Positions 56,108 through 64,000 of a stretch of 64,000 bases of DNA are shown one piece after another (position 1 is the stretch's first letter; each line of letters opens with the position of its first letter). The translations under genes and the position numbers were made by a program. The notes under the pieces are model-generated. The model had not been told where the DNA came from. It ran no database searches and saw nothing but the letters and a program-made list of their open reading frames with translations. Origin of the DNA: Azolla caroliniana (Eukaryota; Plantae; Polypodiophyta). Where the stretch lies: the NCBI GenBank assembly GCA_043228905.1, contig JBHGNT010000001.1:32426001-32490000 (forward strand), read 5' to 3'.

Positions 56108-59100
56108 TCATTCCTCGCCCGTCGGTTCTTCCTCGTTTTCGGATCGTTCGTCACTGCTGACTAGGAGAGCCGGGTCTGGCTCGTCGTCGTGTCGCTTCTT
56201 GAACGCTTTGATCCGCTTCCCTGCAACCGGTATCGCCATTCTCGTGCCGTCGAGTTCCGCCAGGTGATATGTCCCGTTGTCATTGGCGCTCCGTACCACG
56301 TAAGGCCCGAACCACCTTCGTGCGAACTTCCGTGTAGCTCGGTGCTAGTTGTCGAGGCTGCTGTCGTAGACAAGCACCCAGTCACCTTCTTCGATTTTCT
56401 TCGGTCGGAGCCGGTGCGTTCGGTCGAACCTGGCTTTGTTCTTCGTCCTCGCCACTCGGAGCTTCTCCGCAGCCAGTTCCACGTCCTCCGGTCTCCGCTC
56501 GAGCTGTCGTATACGCGCGGCCAACAACTCCTCTCGGCTCATCTCGTCCCTCCAATCGACCGTTGCCCATGAGGAGATCGTCCGTTCCATCGGCATGATC
56601 GGCTTCTGGCCGAACATAAGCTCCGTCGGCATGTACCCGGTTACCGAACTGTGCGTAGTCCGGTCTGCCCACAAAGCATAAGGTAGCAGCCGCGGCCAGT
56701 TACCGACTCGGCCTCCACATGCCCGAACCAACGCCTTGACGATCGGTCCATGTCCGCGCTCCACCTTTCCATTCGCCTCCGGATTGTACGCAGTGGTGAG
56801 CGAGAGCTTGACTCCCGGCCGGTCGAACAGCTCCGCGGCTTCTTCGGCGTCCAACTCCCCTCGGTCAGCCACGATCTTCTCGACGCACCCGTACCGGCAT
56901 ATCATGTCCTCGATTAGGAACCGACATACGGCCGCGGTCGTTTTGTTCGGAAGGGCCCGGCCTTCCACCTGGTTCGTCAGATCCTCCCGCGCTAGGACCA
57001 GGTACCGCATCTGTCCTACTCCCATTGGCATCGTTACCAGATCTACCATCCATTTGAAATGGATGGCCGGAGGGTACGTAGGGTGAAGCTCGTCTCGATG
57101 TCGGACTATGGAGTGCATCTGACAGCTCTCGCAAGTTGTCACGAACCGATGCACGTCCTGGTACTGCCCCGGCCACCAATACTTCCCCTTCAGTTTCTCA
57201 AACGTAGCCCATGTTCCACGGTGTCCAGCCCAAGGGCTGTCGTGGTAGGCCGCTAGCAGCTCCTCATGATCTTCCTTCATTGCCACCACCCGGAGCGGGA
57301 CGCCGTTCCTCTTCTTCGGGTGCTTCCACAAGTATCCCTCCCGGAGAAAGAACCGGTACGCTTTCTTCCGGATCCGGTTGGCCTCGTCCTTCGTCCATGA
57401 CGCATCGGGCGTCATTGTCTTCAAAAACCCACCGATCTGCAGCCACTCCCCGTCGTACTTGCTCGCGTCGAAGTCGCTAAGCGCCGGAGTGCTTGTTCCG
57501 TCGGTTGTTACAAACGCAGTCTCGAAGAAGTCCACGCCGACCTCTTCGTCCTCCGAAACCATGCCGCCCTCGTCATCGAATCTCGCCCTTGAAAGCATGT
57601 CGGCTATGGCGTTGTCTTTCCCGGAAATGTGTCGTATTTCCGGGTCCAGGGACTTGATGTACGCTATCCACCTGAGCATTGCCAGGTCCGGCGTCGCGCA
57701 TCCGGAAACCATGCCGAGAATCGGCATGCAATCCGTCTCTATGATTACCTCTGTCCCGATCAGATAGTCCTTGTCGGCCTTCACCGCCGAAACGATACCC
57801 CAGAGTTCGCGTTTAACCTGGGCGTATCCTCGCTGCCGCTCACTGAGGACCTTCGCGCCGAATCGGATCGGAAACCGATTGCCGTCCTCGTCTTCTTGGT
57901 TGACGACCCACCCGATTCCGGTCGGACTCGTGTCAACCGTTATGTACACTGGGGTGCCCTTCCTGTAGACGGCCTTTCGGAGCGCCGGTGCTGCCGAAAG
58001 AGCCTCCTTCAGCTTCCGGACCGACTCCATGTGCTTGTCTAGCCATTCGAATCTTCGCCCTTTCCTCAATAATCCGTATAGCGGCTCCGCAACGTGGGCG
58101 TAATGCGGGATCCATATGTGGTAGAATGCGCATGCCCCCAGGAATCTCCGTACTTCCGTGACCGAGCTGCAGTCGGGCTTCATCGCGGAGATGGCTTCTA
58201 CCTTTGCCGGAGACGGTTTCCGGCCATATGGCCCACATAAGTGTCCGACCACCATGATTTCCGACTGCCCGAAGGCTGATTTCTCCCCCGAGAAGGTGAG
58301 CCTCGCATCCTCTAGCCTTTGCAGCACCTTCTCGCAGTCGTCGATGTGCGTCATCACGAATCGCCGGCATCCGTCCGGCCCGATCGTCTCGTCCTTCTCT
58401 TCTACCGGGCATCCCTTGATCGGGATGTCGTCTAGAAACGGCATGGTGATGTCCGGGATGCAGTCCCTCAGCACCTTGTTCATTGCATTCACCATGTGGG
58501 CCACCGAGTTGGTCCCTCCTTGCAGCAGCGTACACATCCGCACTAGGCCGAGGGGAGTTCGCATCGTCGTAATGTCTCTGCTCTCCATGGCTAGCTGGAA
58601 TTGGTCGTACCCTGAGTATAGATCACCGACCGAGTAAATCGACCTTCCGGCGAAGGCCTCCGCGAACTCGTCTATGGTCGGTCCGATCCCTGCGTTCCGA
58701 ATGGTCACTCTATTGACCGGCTGCAGGTCCTGAATGAAGCGCAACGATCCGTTTTTCTTTGGTACGGTAAACCATCGGTTTGAATACGGGGCGCTCGACG
58801 GCTCGAGAATGCCCATATCAACTTTCTGCTTCAACAGCTCCATCAACTTCGGGATGTGAGCTCTCGGAACCGGAATTGGCTTGAGATTCCACGGTACATG
58901 CGGTACCGCGAATATCACCATCGGCTCTACGATCGTCGGGTCTACGCACCCGATTTCCTCCGGTGAGAATGCGAAGGCTTTCCCGTGCCTTCCGAGCATT
59001 CTCCGAAACCGGTCTTCCTCCGCCGGTAGTAGGAACCCGCCCCCACCGATTTTGAGCTCCCGGAGCGTCTCGTTGGTGAAGGTGTGTCCTATGCAGGCCG

Positions 59101-59596
59101 GATCTCGTAAGCTGGGGTCCGATGCAACCCCTTTGATTCGCGACTCGCTGCCCTCCGGTAAGGGCGCCGCAACTGGCCTCACCTTCCGGTCCACAGTCTT
59201 GTACTTGGTGCTAACTCGGGCCATCCGTTCCGACTCGAGCCCTCGACCGAAGTCCGCAATGACTTCGTACATTTCTTCTGAACATACCGGTATCGTCCGG
59301 TCTTCGTTAAGGTCTTCTTCGACTACCTTCCCCAGCATTCCCAAGGTGTCGTTGAAGGAGACTGCCTCCACGGCTCCGTTGATTTCTTCGTCAGGGCCGA
59401 GAACTCCGCACGCTCGAAGTCTCCCCTCCGTCTTTGTTTTCTCTCGGCCGGCGATGCCGACCATCGTACATGCTCCGCTGTCGGAGAAGCAAAATTTCCT
59501 ACCTATTGTACACGGTTTTATCGTACAGATGTGGGGTTTTCCCGGAGCATCCGGACTGTCGCGGCCCCACGCCTTGGCAGTCCTCTCTAAAAATCC
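56108..59596 (-). pseudogene. pol (RT-RNaseH-integrase), downstream copy, one premature TAG at 56345
   Basis: RT DLYSGYDQ, FLDD. RH VDTSPTGIG, ETDC, ADMLSR. IN HHCC (YHDSPWAGH...CESC), WMVD...ADRG...VERGH. WFGPYVV continues in frame past the TAG to the stop at 56108. Confidence 0.9.
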
Positions 59597-59693
59597 TCTC
59601 GGTTTTCGGAACCGAGGGAGTCGCGGTTACGTTCGTGGTTCGGTCGTACCGTCAGAAACTGGACCGAATGGCGCCCGTCTTGGCTTTTGACCC

Positions 59694-62302
59694 TCGCGCT
59701 AGGACCAGGTACCGCATCTGTCCTACTCCCATTGGCATCGTTACCAGATCTACCATCCATTTGAAATGGATGGCCGGAGGGTACGTAGGGTGAAGCTCGT
59801 CTCGATGTCGGACTATGGAGTGCATCTGACAGCTCTCGCAAGTTGTCACGAACCGATGCACGTCCCGGTACTGCCCCGGCCACCAATACTTCCCCTTCAG
59901 TTTCTCAAACGTAGCCCATGTTCCACGGTGTCCAGCCCAAGGGCTGTCGTGGTAGGCCGTCAGCAGCTCCTCCTGCTCTTCCCTCATCGCCACCACCCGG
60001 AGCGGAGCGCCGTCCCTCTTCTTCGGGTGCTTCCATAGATAGCCATCCCGGAGAAAGAACCGGTACGCTTTCTTCCGGATCCGGTTGGCCTCGTCCTTCG
60101 TCCATGACGCATCGGGCGTCATTGTCTTCAAAAACCCACCGATCTGCAGCCACTCCCCGTCGTACTTGCTCGCGTCGAAGTCGTTAAGCGCCGGAGTGCT
60201 TGTTCCGTCGGTTGTTACATACGCAGTCTCGAAGAAGTCCACGCCGACCTCTTCGTCCTCCGAAACCATGCCGCCCTCGTCATCGAATCTCGCCCTCGAA
60301 AGCATGTCGGCTATGGCGTTGTCTTTCCCGGAAATGTGTCGTATTTCCGGGTCCAGGGACTTGATGTACGCTATCCACCTGAGCATTGCCAGGTCCGGCG
60401 TCGCGCATCCGGAAACCATGCCGAGAATCGGCATGCAATCCGTCTCTATGATTACCTCCGTCCCGATCAGATAGTCCTTGTCGGCCTTCACCGCCGAAAC
60501 GATACCCCAGAGTTCGCGTTTAACCTGGGCGTATCCGCGCTGCCGTTCGCTGAGGACCTTCGCGCCGAATCGGATCGGAAACCGATTGCCGTCCTCGTCT
60601 TCTTGGTTGACGACCCACCCGATTCCGGTCGGACTCGTGTCAACCGTTATGTACACTGGGGTGCCCTTCCTGTAGACGGCCTTTCGGAGCGCCGGTGCTG
60701 CCGAAAGAGCCTCCTTCAGCTTCCGGACCGACTCCGTGTGCTTGTCTAGCCATTCGAATCTTCGCCCTTTCTTCAATAATCCGTACAGCGGTTCCGCGAC
60801 GTGCGCGTAATGCGGGATCCATATGTGGTAGAAGGCGCATGCCCCCAAGAATCTTCGTACTTCCGTGACCGAGCTGCAATCAGGCTTCATCGCGGAGATG
60901 GCTTCTATCTTTGCCGGAGACGGTCTCCGGCCATATGGTCCACATAAATGTCCGACCACCATGATTTCCGACTACCCGAAGGCTGACTTCTCCCCCGAGA
61001 AGGTGAGCCTCGCATCCTCTAGCCTTTGCAGCACCTTCTCGCAGTCGTCGATGTGCGTTACCACGAATCGCCGGCATCCGTCCGGCCCGATCGTCTCGTC
61101 CTTCTCTTCTACCGGGCATCCCTTGATCGGGATGTCGTCTAGAAACGGCATGGTGATGTCCGGGATGCAGTCCCTCAGCACCTTGTTCATTGCATTCACC
61201 ATGTGGGCCACCGAGTTGGTCCCTCCTTGCGGCAGCGTACACATCCGCACTAGGCCGAGGGGAGTTCGCATCGTCGTAATGTCTCTGCTCTCCACGGCTA
61301 GCTGGAACTGGTCGTACCCTGAATATAGATCACCGACCGAGTAAATCGACCTTCCGGCGAAGGCCTCCGCGAACTCGTCTATGGTCGGTCCGATCCCTGC
61401 GTTCCGAATGGTCACCCTATTGACCGGTTGCAGGTCCTGAATGAAGCGCAATGATCCGTTTTTCTTTGGTACCGTAAACCACCGGTTCGAGTACGGGGCG
61501 CTCGACGGCTCGAGAATGCCCATATCAACTTTCTGCTTCAACAGCTCCATCAACTTCGGGATGTGAGCTCTCGGAACCGGAATTGGCTTGAGATTCCACG
61601 GTACATGCGGTACCGTGAATATCACCATCGGCTCTACGATCGTCGGGTCTACGCACCCGATTTCCTCCGGTGAGAATGCGAAGGCTTTCCCGTGCCTTCC
61701 GAGCATCCTCCGAAACCGGTCTTCCTCCACCGGCAGTAGGAACCTGCCCCCACCGATCTTCAGCTCGCGGAGCGTCTCGTTGGTGAAGGTGTGTCCTATG
61801 CAGGCCGGATCTCGTAAGCTGGGGTCCGATGCAACCCCTTTGATTCGGGATTCGCTGCCCTCCGGTAAGGGCGCCGCAACTGGCCTCACCTTCCGGTCCA
61901 CAGTCTTGTACTTGGTGCTAACTCGGGCCGTCCGTTCCGACTCGAGCCCTCGACCGAAGTCCGCGATGACTTCGTACATTTCTACGGAACATACCGGTAT
62001 CGTCCGGTCTTCGATAAGGTCTTCTTCGACTACCCTCTCAGCATTCCCAAGGTGTCGTCGAAGGAGACTGCCTCCACGGCTCCGTTGATTTCTTCGTCAG
62101 GGCCGAGAACTCCGCACGCCCGAAGTCTCCCCTCCGTCTTTGTTTTCTCTCGGCCGGCGATGCCGACCATCGTACATGCTCCGCTGTCGGAGAAGCAAAA
62201 TTTCCTACCTATTGTACACGGTTTTATCGTACAGATGTGGGGTTTTCCCGGAGCATCCGGACTGTCGCGGCCCCACGCCTTGGCAGTCCTCTCTAAAAAT
62301 CC
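59694..62302 (-). pseudogene. pol, upstream duplicated copy (RT-RH-IN zinc finger), inactivated
   Basis: Near-identical to 56987-59596, with a 1-nt deletion near 62036, an in-frame TAG at 60972, and truncation at the duplication junction (~59694). Confidence 0.9.
62237..62302 (-). promoter_or_regulatory. Candidate -1 programmed ribosomal frameshift signal (second copy at 59531-59596)
   Basis: G GAU UUU directly before the gag UAG. The -1 frame is open into pol. Complementary segments GGACUG/CAGUCC and GUGGGG/CCCCAC start 6 nt downstream. Confidence 0.75.
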
Positions 62303-64000
62303 TCTCGGTTTTCGGAACCGAGGGAGTCGCGGTTACGTTCGTGGTTCGGCCGTACCGTCAGAAACTGGACCGAATGGCGCCCGTCTTGGCTTTTGACCCT
62401 CGCGTAGGCCGAACCATTGTCCAGCACCTTGGTCTCCATCCGCGCCGCCGTGATGTACGGCTCTCCCAGTATGACCGGATGCGAAGACGTCTCCTGCACG
62501 AAGAAGTGCTGGTCAATCTCGACGTCGCCGATCTTGACTCGCACATTCGGACAGGCCCCGTGCAGCTCCTCGGTGGCGCGCGTTGCCGCCCTTATTTTCC
62601 ACCCGTGCTTGGTGTTGATCGGCCATTTGCCCTTCTTATAGAAGTCCATGGACATCAAGTTGATCTCCGATCCGTGGTCCACCAAAGCTATCACCGGTTC
62701 CTGGACATCGCCGATCTTCACCGGGGTTTCCGTGGTCGCTCGGGCCCAGTGTGGTCTCGAATAGTGGCTTTCCGCCCACTCGTCTCCCAGCGCTATGTCG
62801 TCTAGGTGCGTCGTCTGCACTCCCACTGGTCTTTCCGGTTCTGTCTCCGTTGACAGCCTCTTCCGTTTCACCAAGTCCACGATGGAGTCGTGGAACTCCT
62901 TCTTGGCGATTCCCAGCACCTCTCGTAACGACAGCTCCACCTTGCTGTCGAGGATCCGTTCCTCCAGGACCTTTCGTAAGTCCGTGGTCCTTTCTATCTC
63001 CGTCCCCAGACGGTACCCGCCCTTCTGGGGTTTATCTTTCGTACCGGCCCCGCCGGCTTCGTCCCGTCGTGGCCCGGACCGGGTCTCGTATCGTTGCGAG
63101 GGCCCGGTCGTCCCGGGTTTCCCCACCCGCTTCTCTTCTACCAGAGCCTCGTAGTTCTGGCAAGCGGCTTCCACGAAGCCCGTCCTTTCCTCGACCGGGT
63201 CGCTCCACCCGGTCATCTCCCGTACCCGTTTCTCCGCGCGGTCCGATTCCTCCCCTTTTAGCCTTGCACCGGCAAGGCCTCCCAGCATCGTCGGCCAGAA
63301 TCCGGCTTTGCTTTCCCTTCGGGCCTCGCCGCCCCCGACTCGAATGCCGGCCGACGCCGAGTAGTGGACGGTTTCCGCGTGTCGGGCCGCCGCCTCTTCC
63401 ATCAACCTTTTCATACCACCTCGCCCGTCGTTTCGGCTCAGGGCCCTTCGGGTGTCGCTGGCATGCACCCGCCCTTCCCACAGGTACACCACCCTGTCCC
63501 TTAGCGCCTCCGCGAAGTCGCCGCAGTCCTTCCGAATGTGGCCGACTTCATCGCACCACATGCACCTGTTTCCTGCCGCCGGCCGTCGGTCACGAGCCGG
63601 TTCGCCACCTTCCCTTCGGGCTTGCGCGATTTGGAGGTCCTTTACCGCCCTCGTCAATTCCTCCAGCGCCGCTCCTCCGGTTGAGCCTCTGACTACGCCG
63701 GTCGAAGCCGAACCGGTTTCCAACCACTCTCGGGTCTCTTCCTTTCGCACCTGCGGCGCTGGTTCGAACTTCCTTGCTGCGACCGAGCCCGACCCGGTTA
63801 CCCCGTTATCCGCCCATTCTCGCCGTTTGTCGAAACGGCCACAGACTTTCTTGACAGCCGCCCAGTCGGTAGTGAGCCCGTCTTCGGTTTCCAGCAAGAG
63901 GCCCACTTGCTCCCGATCCCGCTCGTCGACCGACTTGACAAACAGCAAGACCCGGCTCGTGTCCAGGATGGATCGGTCGAGCGCCGAAAGGCGCGCAAAG
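62293..64000 (-). CDS. Gag-protease ORF of element B (5'-truncated by the window edge)
   Basis: Open for 551+ aa. Zinc knuckle CMWCDEVGHIRKDC; aspartic-protease-like ALVDHGSEINLM and VILGEPY; ends ...NREDF*. Confidence 0.9.
   Translation of the reverse strand, partial: FARLSALDRSILDTSRVLLFVKSVDERDREQVGLLLETEDGLTTDWAAVKKVCGRFDKRREWADNGVTGSGSVAARKFEPAPQVRKEETREWLETGSASTGVVRGSTGGAALEELTRAVKDLQIAQARREGGEPARDRRPAAGNRCMWCDEVGHIRKDCGDFAEALRDRVVYLWEGRVHASDTRRALSRNDGRGGMKRLMEEAAARHAETVHYSASAGIRVGGGEARRESKAGFWPTMLGGLAGARLKGEESDRAEKRVREMTGWSDPVEERTGFVEAACQNYEALVEEKRVGKPGTTGPSQRYETRSGPRRDEAGGAGTKDKPQKGGYRLGTEIERTTDLRKVLEERILDSKVELSLREVLGIAKKEFHDSIVDLVKRKRLSTETEPERPVGVQTTHLDDIALGDEWAESHYSRPHWARATTETPVKIGDVQEPVIALVDHGSEINLMSMDFYKKGKWPINTKHGWKIRAATRATEELHGACPNVRVKIGDVEIDQHFFVQETSSHPVILGEPYITAARMETKVLDNGSAYARVKSQDGRHSVQFLTVRPNHERNRDSLGSENREDF

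Larger units (their letters stand above)
55244..64000 (-). mobile_element. Ty3/gypsy LTR retrotransposon B (no chromodomain seen), 5' part outside window, internal 2.7-kb duplication
   Basis: Domain order gag-PR / RT-RH-IN. PPT GGTGGGGGCGGA (56048-56037) directly precedes the 3' LTR 56036-55244 (TGTCGTG...CTCGACA). Confidence 0.93.

Noticed and set aside
62224-62295. UAG readthrough as the way to express pol
   Set aside because: The gag frame meets TAA 22 codons after the UAG, and pol lies in the -1 frame.
56987-62400. Duplication as a simple same-locus assembly stutter
   Set aside because: The copies carry many codon-structured differences and distinct inactivating mutations. A chimeric join of two loci cannot be fully excluded without reads.
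52032-63998. Dozens of overlapping ORFs and a sharp GC rise suggesting bacterial or viral DNA
   Set aside because: Explained by GC-rich LTR elements with LTR, PBS, PPT and gag/pol motifs. Stop-poor alternative frames are expected at this GC content.

Overview
Land-plant nuclear DNA; the intron style and TE families suggest a non-seed plant such as a fern (inference). The first ~49 kb is AT-rich and holds five host genes whose exons I could assemble by hand into open frames: an RMA1/RNF5-type RING E3 ligase (+, intronless), RPS5/uS7 (+, 5 exons), a PX-PH phospholipase D zeta (+, 21 exons), a UDP-xylose 4-epimerase/UDP-arabinose epimerase (MUR4/UXE-like; +, 10 exons, one probable U12 intron) and an ARID + alpha-crystallin/HSP20-domain protein with a very acidic N-terminus (-, 11 exons). 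Copia, LINE and Ty3 relics and local tandem duplications lie between and within these genes. The last ~12.5 kb is a GC-rich LTR nest. A plus-strand, apparently pol-less element (LTR, tRNA-Trp PBS, degenerate gag) has been invaded by a related minus-strand Ty3/gypsy element with the same LTR termini. The Ty3 element has Gag-PR and RT-RH-IN in separate frames, joined by a clear candidate -1 ribosomal frameshift cassette (G GAU UUU UAG, 6-nt spacer, predicted pseudoknot). It also carries a 2.7-kb tandem duplication of pol with patchy synonymous divergence. All calls were made by eye with no database searches.
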